Notes: a model not told the origin generated them from the letters alone. A DNA stretch of 64,000 nt from Gemmatimonadales bacterium (GCA_035501775.1 DATJVM010000006.1:111948-175947); one strand, 5' to 3'. Shown: positions 9,663-19,054, counted from the stretch's first letter. Numbers and translations: made by a program.

Positions 9663-10072
9663 GCCTCACCCCGCGATTCGACCACGACCGCGCCCCATCC
9701 GTCGTAGGCGCCACCACGCGATTCGGCGACCGCCGCGAGGTGGCGCCGCAAACGATGCAGCTCATCGAGTGTGGGGGTCATCAGCCTGGTCGCCAGGCAC
9801 AGCCAGTCGCTGGAGCCTTCCTCGGCCACACGCATGTCGACTTGGAACCCCTCCGGCGCGAGCTGCTCGGCCACCGCCGCCGCGGCTGGCTGATCCGGTA
9901 GGTAGAGGTAGAACTCGACTTCGTGTGGCTGCTCGAGGTGCGACCCGGCTCGGGCCAGGGCGTCGAGCGTCGCGGCATCGGGATCCTCGCTCTCGGTTCG
10001 GGCGCGGTGCCGTCCCCACAGCATGAGGACGAGCCCCACCAGGCCGATGGCGAGCAGCGTCGCGATGGACAT
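9659..10072 (-). CDS. membrane-anchored RraB-like domain protein
   Basis: One TM helix (IATLLAIGLVGLVLMLW), then an RraB-type pattern HEVEFYLYLPDQ...EGFQV...GGAYDGWGAVV. ATG at 10072. Confidence 0.7.
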   Translation of the reverse strand: MSIATLLAIGLVGLVLMLWGRHRARTESEDPDAATLDALARAGSHLEQPHEVEFYLYLPDQPAAAAVAEQLAPEGFQVDMRVAEEGSSDWLCLATRLMTPTLDELHRLRRHLAAVAESRGGAYDGWGAVVVESRGEA

Positions 10073-10076
10073 CGCT

Positions 10077-10460
10077 TCACACCGGCCGGCGGGATCGGCG
10101 CGCGGGCCTGCGTCGCGCCGGCCGACGCGGCCGCCATTGGTGGCGGGCCAACGAAACTCGTCCGCCCGCATCGGGCACCACGCCCTCCTTGAGAAGGCGG
10201 AACCGCTGCTCGAGTCCGCCGGACTCCGGAGGGAGGCTGATTCGCCCCGCGCTGTTGATCACCCGATGCCAGGGGACGGAAGATCCGGAGGGGAGGGCGT
10301 GCAGGGCATACCCGACCTGGCGCGCCGCGCGGGCCAGCCCCGCTAGTGCAGCGATCTGGCCGTAGGTCGCGACGCGCCCGCGAGGGATGCGCCGCACTAA
10401 CGCGTAAATCCGCTGGTACGCCGGAGAGACGCCGCGCGGTACTCCTCCCGGGCCGCGCAT
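10077..10460 (-). CDS. MGMT-family alkyltransferase-like (ATL) protein
   Basis: RIPRGRVATYGQIAALAG...VPWHRVINSAGRIS. The PCHRV active-site Cys is replaced by Trp. ATG at 10460. Arg-rich C-terminal tail. Confidence 0.85.
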   Translation of the reverse strand: MRGPGGVPRGVSPAYQRIYALVRRIPRGRVATYGQIAALAGLARAARQVGYALHALPSGSSVPWHRVINSAGRISLPPESGGLEQRFRLLKEGVVPDAGGRVSLARHQWRPRRPARRRPARRSRRPV

Positions 10461-10465
10461 CGGCG

Positions 10466-11050
10466 TTACCCGCCCGCCCGCTCGGCGATGCGGCGGAGAT
10501 GATGGCTGGTATGGTACACGGTGAACGACGCCATTTCTTGCACCGTGAGGGAACCGAGCACGGGGTGTGGAAGGCGATAGCGGTCGAGTGCCGCCTCGGA
10601 CCACCGGGTCAGGGCGTGCTGCACCGCCACCGTCGCGGCCGCCCAGCCAGCCATGATTTCCTGTCGGCGCAGGGCCGGGACGACGGGTGTGGCCTCGGGC
10701 CTCGGCGTGAACAGGCCAGCCTGCAGGCCGCCGGCGAGCGTAGCGCGGTAGGTCTCCCGGATCGCTTCGTACGAACGGGACACGCCTGAACCGCGCCCGA
10801 AGCACAGGGCGAGAGGCCAGCGTGGCAGGCCGAGCGCCAATGTGAAGGGCTGCGTGGTCTTGCGGAGGTGTCGAACATGAATCGCCGGCGACCACGCCGT
10901 CCCCTGCGGGGCGAAGAACCGCGTATCGTCGAAGCGCGCGAGATAGCCGGTGCCGGCCCCGAGCAGCGCGCCGAGCGCTCGACTATGGTCGGGCCCGCTC
11001 AGCGGAACGCCTGGGTCGAAATCAGGAATGGGAGGTGCCGCGCCAGCCAT
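10466..11050 (-). CDS. DinB-family protein
   Basis: DinB_2-like helical bundle with candidate His ligands (IHVRHL ... FTVYHTSHHLRRI). Confidence 0.85.
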   Translation of the reverse strand: MAGAAPPIPDFDPGVPLSGPDHSRALGALLGAGTGYLARFDDTRFFAPQGTAWSPAIHVRHLRKTTQPFTLALGLPRWPLALCFGRGSGVSRSYEAIRETYRATLAGGLQAGLFTPRPEATPVVPALRRQEIMAGWAAATVAVQHALTRWSEAALDRYRLPHPVLGSLTVQEMASFTVYHTSHHLRRIAERAGG

Positions 11051-11062
11051 TGCGGCCGTGGC

Positions 11063-11389
11063 TTACCGCCCCGCCTTCTGGGACGGTGGCATGATGGCCG
11101 GCACGGGGCCGATGAAGCGCGCCAACAGGTCGTGGAGTGCTCGATCGTGGGTGGCGATGTGCTCGTAGGCGACGATGCGGACTGATTCGCGGACGTCACG
11201 GAAGACGCCGAGTATGCGCCGTTCCCGGGTCTGCACCTCGATGCGGAGCAGCCGGCCCTCGATGTCGTAGGCCACCGGATAGGCTCCGGCCCGGACATCC
11301 TCCACCGCAAGCTCCCGCTCCGCCGCGCTCTGACTGGCGAAGACCAGCAGGCCGCCACGGGTGTCAATGACGATCGGTGGCTTGAGCAT
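11063..11389 (-). CDS. hypothetical protein
   Basis: ATG at 11389 (MLKPPIVIDTRGGLLVFASQ). 108 aa. The upstream 120 aa of the ORF is Arg/Gly junk. No family recognised. Confidence 0.6.
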   Translation of the reverse strand: MLKPPIVIDTRGGLLVFASQSAAERELAVEDVRAGAYPVAYDIEGRLLRIEVQTRERRILGVFRDVRESVRIVAYEHIATHDRALHDLLARFIGPVPAIMPPSQKAGR

Positions 11390-11391
11390 CG

Positions 11392-11862
11392 CTATGAGCT
11401 CCTCGGGCCGGTGGCGCGCGCCGTGCCGTCCGGCCCGGTCAACGCTGCGACCGCAGCCTGCGCGATCACCCCGTCTTCGGCGGAGGTCATCCCGCTCACG
11501 CCGACCGCTCCAACGACCTGGCCGTCGACCACCACCGGCAACCCGCCCTCGAGCGGAACCGCGCCCGGAAGCGCGAGCAGCGCAACGCGCCCGCCGGCGA
11601 TGCCGTCTTCCAGAGCCTTGGAGGGCCGCTTGAGCCGCGCCGCCGTGCGAGCCTTGAGGATGGCGATGTCCTGACTTGCGGCCTGAGTGCCGTCGAGGGC
11701 CTGGAAATAAATGAGGCCGCCGGCCGGGTCCACCACGGCGATGGCTACACTCCACCCACGCCTCAGCGCCTCCGCCTCGGCTGCGGCCGCCAGGTGCTTG
11801 GCCCCCTCGAGATTGAGGACGAGTTGCGAGCGAGTAAGAGTCATGGCGCTCACGCGGGTCAC
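11392..11862 (-). CDS. GlcG/HbpS-family heme-binding protein (DUF336)
   Basis: AIAVVDPAGGLIYFQALDG...LEGGLPVVVDGQVVGAVGVSG. Start is GTG 11862 (GTGA overlap) or ATG 11844. Confidence 0.9.
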   Translation of the reverse strand: MTRVSAMTLTRSQLVLNLEGAKHLAAAAEAEALRRGWSVAIAVVDPAGGLIYFQALDGTQAASQDIAILKARTAARLKRPSKALEDGIAGGRVALLALPGAVPLEGGLPVVVDGQVVGAVGVSGMTSAEDGVIAQAAVAALTGPDGTARATGPRSS

Positions 11863-12188
11863 TCGGTCGCGATCAGGATGCGACCGGCAGGGTCGATCTC
11901 GTGCAGCAACCCGATGATGGCATCTATGGATGGCTCGGTGGCTCGGTAGCGCCGCCCGTCGTTGTAGACGACAGTGACTTCCCGGGCATGGGTCTGAATC
12001 ACCGCGCGCACCGAATCGGGATGGGCACGAAGCTCCGCGACGAGTGCCGACCAGCTGCGGCTCTCCAGCGAAGAGGGCGCCGGAATCGTCTCGACGGGAG
12101 CCGGAGCGGGCGCGGTCGACGCGGGTGGCTTGCCGGCGGCCTGAGTCGCCGGTGGCGCGCTACCCTGGCAGCCCGACAGGACGAGCAT
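11859..12188 (-). CDS. lipoprotein, hypothetical
   Basis: Lipobox MLVLSGC, a Pro/Ala-rich linker, then a small globular C-terminal domain. Confidence 0.7.
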   Translation of the reverse strand: MLVLSGCQGSAPPATQAAGKPPASTAPAPAPVETIPAPSSLESRSWSALVAELRAHPDSVRAVIQTHAREVTVVYNDGRRYRATEPSIDAIIGLLHEIDPAGRILIATE

Positions 12189-12216
12189 CAGGGCAGGCCC
12201 GGCCAGGTGGGCGGGG

Positions 12217-12471
12217 CTACTGATCGGCGGCAGCGATGAGTTCCCGCGCTTTAGCGACGTAGGCGTCGTACGCTTTGCCCCAGAGGCCGGAGAAGCGGGA
12301 CTTCTTGGGGATGTTCTGGATCATTTCGAGCAGCGGACGGAGTCTGGGATCACTCCAATCGTCCGCCTCGAGATCTTCGAGGACGGTGCTGCGGGGAATC
12401 AGCCCTTCGAAGAATGCACGGGCGCGGACCGCGATTTCGTGCCGGCGATGCGCCCGAGGATCGGTTGCCAC
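12217..12471 (-). CDS. hypothetical protein
   Basis: 84 aa with a GTG start and coding-like composition. No family recognised. Confidence 0.5.
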   Translation of the reverse strand: MATDPRAHRRHEIAVRARAFFEGLIPRSTVLEDLEADDWSDPRLRPLLEMIQNIPKKSRFSGLWGKAYDAYVAKARELIAAADQ

Positions 12472-12548
12472 GCTGTCCTCCGGGTCAGGCCATGCATTCT
12501 ACCGCCGTGCGGGTCACGACGCCAACCCCCGCCGCTAGCGCACCCGGG

Positions 12549-13346
12549 TCACCCCACCCCCGGGGTCCTGCCGAGGCGTCCAGCCAGCGGCCAGCGAACC
12601 ATCCGGACAACGTCCCGGCCACCCCAGGCGGGCTCCAGCTCCGACTCGAACTGCTCGACCGGGTCAATACCGTGCACCGACCTGTATTTGGCGACGGCGG
12701 ACCAGGTTCCGAGAAACCCGACGAAGTCCGCGAGCGTCCAGGCGTGCTCCATGACTGCCGTGGGGAAGGAGAGTTCCGGCAGCGGGAACGACAGCGTCCG
12801 GTAGTCGGCGTCCACGTGGGCGCGGTCCGCTGGCCAGTACGGACCGACCGTCACGCGGTAGAAGCGCGCCAGGCGGGTGTCCACCTCGGGAGTGACCCGG
12901 CACAGGCCATAGCACCAGATGGCCAGGACGCCGCCCGGGCGGAGCACCCGCAGCGCCTCTTGGTAGAAGGCCGGCAGGTCGAACCAGTGTGCGGCCTGCG
13001 CGGCGGTCACGATGTCCACCGAGTGATCCGGAAGCCCGCTTGCGGTCTCCCGCGTCACCCGATAGGTGACCCGCGAGTGCGTCTCACCGTGCGCGATCTG
13101 GTCGGCCGAGGCATCGGTGGCCACGACCGCAGTGAAGTGCTCCGCGAGCCCGGTGGCGGCCTGGCCGTTCCCCGTCCCGCAATCCCACGCCGTGCCACGG
13201 CCAGGAGCGAGTTGGGCCAGGGCGGAGAAGAGCAGGCGGGGATAATGCGGACGCGATCGGGCGTAATCGACCGCTCGCCGGGAGAAGTGATCCTTGAAAG
13301 GCGCCGGGCTCCCCGAGGAGCCGGTTCCGCGAAATGGACCGGACAC
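12549..13346 (-). CDS. class I SAM-dependent methyltransferase (Methyltransf_11-like)
   Basis: Motif I AWDCGTGNGQAA, then VVATDAS, SVDIVTAAQAAHWF and LRPGGVLAIW. GTG 13346 immediately follows the TGA of the upstream gene. Confidence 0.9.
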   Translation of the reverse strand: MSGPFRGTGSSGSPAPFKDHFSRRAVDYARSRPHYPRLLFSALAQLAPGRGTAWDCGTGNGQAATGLAEHFTAVVATDASADQIAHGETHSRVTYRVTRETASGLPDHSVDIVTAAQAAHWFDLPAFYQEALRVLRPGGVLAIWCYGLCRVTPEVDTRLARFYRVTVGPYWPADRAHVDADYRTLSFPLPELSFPTAVMEHAWTLADFVGFLGTWSAVAKYRSVHGIDPVEQFESELEPAWGGRDVVRMVRWPLAGRLGRTPGVG

Positions 13347-14483
13347 TCAATACTCCGTCAGGAGATCCTGGACGCCCGTCAGCGCTACCAGCCGCCGATC
13401 CGGGCCTCCCCATGCAAAGAGGCAGATCGCTCCATCCCGCGATACCTGAAAGCCCAGACAGTCAGGGTATCGCCGGACGAAGCGACCGGCGCCACCCTCG
13501 TCGCTCCACGGCAGAGAGGTGATGGGACGTCCGTGGCCCAGGAGCCCGCTCACCGCGTCCGCGTGCGACAGCGTGAAGTCCTCGGCCGGCAGCGTGACGC
13601 TGGCGCCGAAACCGACCAACGAGAGATCATCACCGAGGACGACGGCACCGTCGATGGCGGCGAGCTGCGCGATCTGGGCCAGGAGGCGCTGGCTCAGATC
13701 GACCAGCAGCGACCGGGGGCGACTGGGCCGGGTGGCTGAGGACGCCCGACCGGCGCTCTCGCCGTCCTCCCCGGCCGGGTCGTCGAGGTCTCCCAGGCGG
13801 CCGCGCGCGAAGCCGGTGGATCGCTCATCCATCGTGTAGCGGAATCTCAGGGCCTCGGCCCACCCGTTCTGCCCGGTCGGCGCGACCAGCACCGTCCCAC
13901 CCTGGCCATTCCGCTCGACCGAGGCGAGGATCCTGAAGAGCTGCTCCACTCGGGCCAGGCGGTCCGGCGAGGGGGCGGCGTCGGTGCGGTCGATTATCGG
14001 GGCCACCAGGTTCGCGAGGGAATACGGCCCGCTCTTGACCAGTTGGATCTCGCCGCCCCGGATGACGCCGAGGACCTCCCGGTCCAGCGAAACAGCAAGG
14101 TGCGCCGGCCCAATGACGTGAATGACCGGCTGCCAGGGAGGCGCCGCTTCAAGCACGCCCCAGATCTGCGGCATGTCCTCGGCGGAGAGATCCACGGCGG
14201 CCAGGCCTGAGCCCAGTCCGGGGCTCAAGTGTACCACGGACTCCTGCGATACGATCACCGGTTCGGTGAAGCGCAGGCCTCCGGGGACCGTGCGGTCCAC
14301 GATCGTGAACTCGCCGCGGGCCGGCCGGCCCCCCTCGGGCCGCATGCTGGCCCAGAAGCAGGTGTTGAGCAGGTAGGCGACGTGTCGGCCGTCCAGCTGC
14401 AGCCGGTCCGCGGAAGAGGCGCCGCGTTCCGTGCCGGCGAAGATCCGGGTGCGTTCCCGGGCCTTCTCCACCAGCAGCTTCAC
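13347..14483 (-). CDS. DisA_N/DAC (diadenylate cyclase)-like protein with unrecognised N-terminal region
   Basis: The C-terminal half hand-aligns to the DAC fold: GGTVLVAP, AAIDGAVVLGDDLSLVGFGA (DGA motif) and GGAGRFVRRY...FQVSRDGAICLF (RHR position reads RF). An acidic/Ser-Pro insert splits the domain. GTG start. Confidence 0.7.
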   Translation of the reverse strand: MKLLVEKARERTRIFAGTERGASSADRLQLDGRHVAYLLNTCFWASMRPEGGRPARGEFTIVDRTVPGGLRFTEPVIVSQESVVHLSPGLGSGLAAVDLSAEDMPQIWGVLEAAPPWQPVIHVIGPAHLAVSLDREVLGVIRGGEIQLVKSGPYSLANLVAPIIDRTDAAPSPDRLARVEQLFRILASVERNGQGGTVLVAPTGQNGWAEALRFRYTMDERSTGFARGRLGDLDDPAGEDGESAGRASSATRPSRPRSLLVDLSQRLLAQIAQLAAIDGAVVLGDDLSLVGFGASVTLPAEDFTLSHADAVSGLLGHGRPITSLPWSDEGGAGRFVRRYPDCLGFQVSRDGAICLFAWGGPDRRLVALTGVQDLLTEY

Positions 14484-14635
14484 CAGCGGCGAGTCCGCCT
14501 GGAGCAGGGGAAGAATGAGTCCGTCCGTTCGTTAGGCGATGTACGAGCCACGCGGGCAGCGGCCCAGTCGGAGGCCCACTTGGCCACCGCGCCTCTAAGG
14601 TGCATGCCGCGCTGCGAGCCGCCAAGGCCCCCGGT

Positions 14636-15115
14636 TCACACCTGCCCGGCGCCGCCCCGCTCGGCTCGGCTGGGGTGCAGAAAGGTCTCGAGCACATCCT
14701 CCTCTGGCGGCACCAGGAGAAAGGCCTGCTGGAGCTCCGGAGGGATGGCTGTCGGGCGCCCGCTCGACGCGTGCACGAACACCCACAGCGTCTCGGCGCG
14801 AGCAATCACCACGCCGTCACGTTCGCGCCAGAAGAGATACCGGCGGGGCGACCTGAAGCGCTTGAACCCGGTGACCCAGGTAAGGAGTGTCAGCACGTCG
14901 CCTTTGAAGGCCGGCGCCAGGTACTCGATGCTGTGGGAGCGTACCACCCAGACCGCGCCGGCCTCGAGATAGCGCTCCACCGGCCAGCCCTGAGCCGCCG
15001 AGTGGGCGATGGCAGCCTCCTGCATCCATTGGAGGTATGCGAGGTTGTTCACGTGCCCGTTGACGTCGATGACCTCCGGGGGGATCTCGATGGTGCGGGT
15101 GAAGACTCGCGGCAT
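14636..15115 (-). CDS. acyl-CoA thioesterase (4HBT/YbgC-like hotdog fold)
   Basis: VIDVNGHVNNLAYLQWMQEAA and AVWVVRSHSIEYLAPAF. Confidence 0.9.
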   Translation of the reverse strand: MPRVFTRTIEIPPEVIDVNGHVNNLAYLQWMQEAAIAHSAAQGWPVERYLEAGAVWVVRSHSIEYLAPAFKGDVLTLLTWVTGFKRFRSPRRYLFWRERDGVVIARAETLWVFVHASSGRPTAIPPELQQAFLLVPPEEDVLETFLHPSRAERGGAGQV

Positions 15116-15121
15116 TTCCGG

Positions 15122-15505
15122 CTAGCCCTTCACGTAGGACAGCTTCTCCGCGACCAGGCCGTCGCGCACTCGGAAGACGTCTACTCCACGCACATGGCCC
15201 GGCGCGCCGTCGCGCATCCAGTGATACACCCAGCGGACCACGGCCCGGTCGCCGCACGCGAAGATCTCCTCCGTCTCGAACCGGGCCTTGGGGGAACGAG
15301 CGAAGAAGCTCTCCCAGAAGGCCCGCACCGCCGGCTGGCCCTGCAGGCGCTCCCCGTCCGGAGGGGGCCGTGTGCTGTCGAAGACGCAATCGGCTGTCAT
15401 GGCGGACATGATGGCCGCGACATCATGACGATTGAAGGCTTCGTTGAACCGCTCCACGGCCCGAAGGGTCCCCGCGGAGCGGTCATCGGTTGCGGCGCCA
15501 CTCAT
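15122..15505 (-). CDS. SnoaL-like / NTF2-family protein
   Basis: RAVERFNEAFNRHDVAAIMSAMTADCVF...VDVFRVRDGLVAEKLSYVKG. 127 aa. Confidence 0.88.
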   Translation of the reverse strand: MSGAATDDRSAGTLRAVERFNEAFNRHDVAAIMSAMTADCVFDSTRPPPDGERLQGQPAVRAFWESFFARSPKARFETEEIFACGDRAVVRWVYHWMRDGAPGHVRGVDVFRVRDGLVAEKLSYVKG

Positions 15506-15541
15506 GAGACCTCCTGTGTCGGAAGGCGGGACGGTGCAAGG

Positions 15542-16378
15542 TCAGAGCGCGCCCAGGTTGTAGACGAGCCCGGTATACAGAGCGTCGGGCTGCGGGCCGC
15601 GGAGCGGGAGAATGCCGCCGAGGTCCGCGGTCCACCGCGGCCGCAGGCTCAGAGTGGGCCCCGCCAGCAGGGCCACGATGCCCGCGCTTCCAGCGGGCCC
15701 GCCGGTCCGGGGATAGCCGTACACCTCGACCGCCAGCCCGACGGCGCCGGCCAACGGAACTCCGGCGGACGAAGTCCACAAGGTGGCGCTCCGTGGCGCC
15801 CGGGCGCCGTCACCGGAGCGACGGGTGTAGCCGAAGTTGATATCCAGGCTCATGTGGCCCAGCTGGTGGCTCGAAATGAGCAATAGCGTTCCATCGGTTG
15901 TCCCCGTGCCGTGGGCCGGGTTGGCAGTCGGGAGCTTCACGCTGGGCAGCACCGCCAGCGCCCCGACGATCGGCAGGTCATTCGCCAGCCGGACCTTGAG
16001 TCCGACCGTCAGGTCGGAGACGCCAAGGCCGGAGGCGGGGGGTCGAGTCAGGCTCGCGGCCAGACCGAGCTGAAGGCGCCGGGCCAGACCGATCTTGAGG
16101 AGCGTCGGTGTTTCCAGCGCGGTGGTCCCGCTCGGATTGTGGTCCCACTCGATACCAACCTCGACTTCGGCGTACCCAGGGGCCACTGTCCAGGCATGAG
16201 TCGCGACCGTCGGACGCTCCGGCATGACGGCATGAGGATCGGCGCCTTCCTGGGCGGCCACGCGTCGGCTCACGGAGCCAAGCAGGGCGAGGACCAGAGC
16301 GGCCCAGCGGGCCGGGCATGGCGCCACGAGCCGCTGTCTGAAGACGAGGAAGGTCCTGCCCCTCTGGCCCGAGGCCAT
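15542..16378 (-). CDS. outer-membrane beta-barrel transporter (MetA-pathway/phenol-degradation-like)
   Basis: Signal peptide ending RRVAAQ and an alternating beta-strand pattern. Conserved start ERPTVATHAWTVAPGYAEVEVG. Confidence 0.78.
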   Translation of the reverse strand: MASGQRGRTFLVFRQRLVAPCPARWAALVLALLGSVSRRVAAQEGADPHAVMPERPTVATHAWTVAPGYAEVEVGIEWDHNPSGTTALETPTLLKIGLARRLQLGLAASLTRPPASGLGVSDLTVGLKVRLANDLPIVGALAVLPSVKLPTANPAHGTGTTDGTLLLISSHQLGHMSLDINFGYTRRSGDGARAPRSATLWTSSAGVPLAGAVGLAVEVYGYPRTGGPAGSAGIVALLAGPTLSLRPRWTADLGGILPLRGPQPDALYTGLVYNLGAL

Positions 16379-16381
16379 CGG

Positions 16382-16915
16382 CTATTGCGGACTCGCGGTG
16401 GGCAGTTGCGCCAGATGATGCCGGGCGTGGAGGGTCAGGAGCCGGAGCGAGCGGGCAAGGGAGAGCTTGCCAAAATACGGATGCGTGAGCCGGCATCGCG
16501 CCGGAGCGGGGTGGGCCGCAATGGTGCTTTCCAGGATGGCCGTGATGCGGGACAGGTCCGCGAGCGCGTCCGGTTGCGACTGTGGGGTAGGCGAGGGTCT
16601 GGTTTCCCGCGGCGCCCGGATGCCGCCGGGGAAGACTCCGGTCTTGAGAACCCGCGAGAGGTAGAGCCGCCGGGCGACGAACTGCTTCCAGGGGTTCAAC
16701 CGCACGGCCATGTGCGCCCGTCCGGCGGCATCGTCATTCACCGCCTCGATGCTGAGGCGCACGTGTTCGGTGATGAGTGCAGGCGACCAGCGGTGCGGGC
16801 CGATCGGGCGCAGCCAGGTCGCGGAGTCGAGCGACGATGCGGCGCGAACGAAGTCGGCGACGGCCGCGCGATGCTCGGCGAGACCGGCAGCCCAGGGTGA
16901 CTCGCGTGGCGACAC
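16382..16915 (-). CDS. DinB-family protein
   Basis: GTG 16915 is preceded by GGGAGG and is preferred over the ORF-track TTG at 17032. C-terminal HPYFGKLSLARSLRLLTLHARHHLAQL. Confidence 0.8.
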   Translation of the reverse strand: MSPRESPWAAGLAEHRAAVADFVRAASSLDSATWLRPIGPHRWSPALITEHVRLSIEAVNDDAAGRAHMAVRLNPWKQFVARRLYLSRVLKTGVFPGGIRAPRETRPSPTPQSQPDALADLSRITAILESTIAAHPAPARCRLTHPYFGKLSLARSLRLLTLHARHHLAQLPTASPQ

Positions 16916-16976
16916 GGCGCCTCCCGGCGCGGGGACCGGCGGAATCGGCGGCCCCCGTTCCCGAGACTCGGTCGGA

Positions 16977-17336
16977 TTAGAACATCGGAGAGACCGGGGG
17001 GAGCCGGTAGGCGTATTTCTGCTTGCCGGCAAGCCCGGCCAGAGCGCCCTGCTTGGTCAGGCGATCCTGTGCGAAGAACAGCACCGCGCGGACCTTGTTT
17101 CCGTGAGCGATGATCTCTTCTTCCGTACAGCCGGTGGCCTCCATGGCCTCGGCCATGAGCTTCTGGTACCGCCGCGCGTTCCGCACCGCGAGATCAGGAG
17201 CCGACACCATGTAGCACATCCGGTCAAAGGCACTGTCCCACGAGACGTCGAGCGGTCCACAGGAGGGGTTGGCGCCACTAGGTGAGGGGAGGGCGGCAGC
17301 GCGCCGGCGCTTCTCGTCCTGACTCAACTTTGTCAT
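16977..17336 (-). CDS. hypothetical protein
   Basis: 119 aa with an ATG start (MTKLSQDEKRRR). No family recognised. Confidence 0.6.
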   Translation of the reverse strand: MTKLSQDEKRRRAAALPSPSGANPSCGPLDVSWDSAFDRMCYMVSAPDLAVRNARRYQKLMAEAMEATGCTEEEIIAHGNKVRAVLFFAQDRLTKQGALAGLAGKQKYAYRLPPVSPMF

Positions 17337-17492
17337 TCCTGCACTCCTGTTCGTCCGTGGTAGCGATCCAGCTCCGAAACACCCGGCGGGTGGTCCCGAG
17401 AGAAGAATGAAAGATAGCCTCTCTCCGGCCCCCTCGGGGACCCCCGCCGCGGCCAGGTTTTGACTGGTTTTCGGTCACTCTTTGGGGGTAGC

Positions 17493-18146
<654 letters not shown>

Positions 18147-18160
18147 TGCCTCGGAGGTTC

Positions 18161-18319
18161 TCAGAAATAGTCGGCGATCCAGCGCCGCGTGAAGTATCCG
18201 CCGAGCGCCGTTCCGAAGACCATCAGGAAGAATGCGGTCATCACGCCGACTCGCGCCCCGATCCACCACCCGATTCCACCGCCGATGCTGGCCCCGACGT
18301 ATGCGGCGAGTCCCTTCAT
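18161..18319 (-). CDS. small glycine-zipper membrane protein
   Basis: 52 aa (MKGLAAYVGASIGGGIGWWIGARVG...). The ATG is preceded by AGGAGG. Confidence 0.6.
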   Translation of the reverse strand: MKGLAAYVGASIGGGIGWWIGARVGVMTAFFLMVFGTALGGYFTRRWIADYF

Positions 18320-18348
18320 GGATCCTCCTGTGTTGGCCGCCCCGCCGG

Positions 18349-19008
18349 TCAGACCCGCAGCGTGGTGGGGCCGGACGCGGCGATCGCGTACGCCCAGACG
18401 GCCACGAAATGGCAGGCGCTGCCCGCCAGCACGAACAGGTGCCAGACCGGATGGTCGTACCAGCGCCGGTCGCGGAGGTAGAATGTCACCCCCGCCGTGT
18501 AGAGGAGCCCCCCCGCGACCAGCCAGCCGAGGCCTGCGGCCGGGAGCGCGCTGGCCAGGGGCCGGAGCGCGATGACCGCAAGCCAGCCCATGAGCAGGTA
18601 GAACGCGGTTGAGGCGCGGGGAAAGCGGGTACCGATCAGGACCTTGGCGGAGATTCCGAGCAGGGCCAGCGCCCAGATCACGCCGAACAACCACCAGCCC
18701 CAGGGGCCGCGCAGGACGCCCAGGGTGAAGGGTGTGTAGGTCCCGGCAATCAGCAGGAAGATCGCCGAATGGTCGACGATCCGAAGCCACTCCTTGGCGC
18801 GCGAAGGCCGGGTGCCGTGATACAGGGTCGAGGCGAGATACAGCGTGACGAGGCTTGCCGCGAAGACGGCCGTGCCCGCCACGAGGGGAGGGTCGCCGTG
18901 GCGCAGCGCGGCGCCGAGCAGCAGCGGCAGCGCCAGAACGCTCAGCGCCAGGCCCACGCCGTGTGTGGCAGCATTGGCCAGCTCCTCGGAGGCCGAGCGC
19001 GTTCTCAT
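18349..19008 (-). CDS. hemolysin III / PAQR family channel protein
   Basis: Seven TM helices with STLYH, DHSAIFLLIAGTYTPF and HLFVLAGSACHF. ATG at 19008. Confidence 0.92.
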   Translation of the reverse strand: MRTRSASEELANAATHGVGLALSVLALPLLLGAALRHGDPPLVAGTAVFAASLVTLYLASTLYHGTRPSRAKEWLRIVDHSAIFLLIAGTYTPFTLGVLRGPWGWWLFGVIWALALLGISAKVLIGTRFPRASTAFYLLMGWLAVIALRPLASALPAAGLGWLVAGGLLYTAGVTFYLRDRRWYDHPVWHLFVLAGSACHFVAVWAYAIAASGPTTLRV

Positions 19009-19054
19009 GCCGGAAGATACCCGGAGGCGGTCTCCCCGGGCACCCGGCCGCCCG

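Noticed and set aside
5367-16900. A series of long plus-strand ORFs: 5367-6587, 6633-7754, 8628-9707, 12414-13739, 14600-15886 and 15911-16900.
   Set aside because: All lie antisense to minus-strand genes with clear family signatures. Their translations are low-complexity and stop-free only because of GC bias.
17337-17492. A GC-rich segment followed by a pyrimidine/T-rich run between the carbonic anhydrase gene and the next gene, considered as an intrinsic terminator.
   Set aside because: I could not draw a clean stem of more than 4-5 bp with a viable loop. It is left unannotated.
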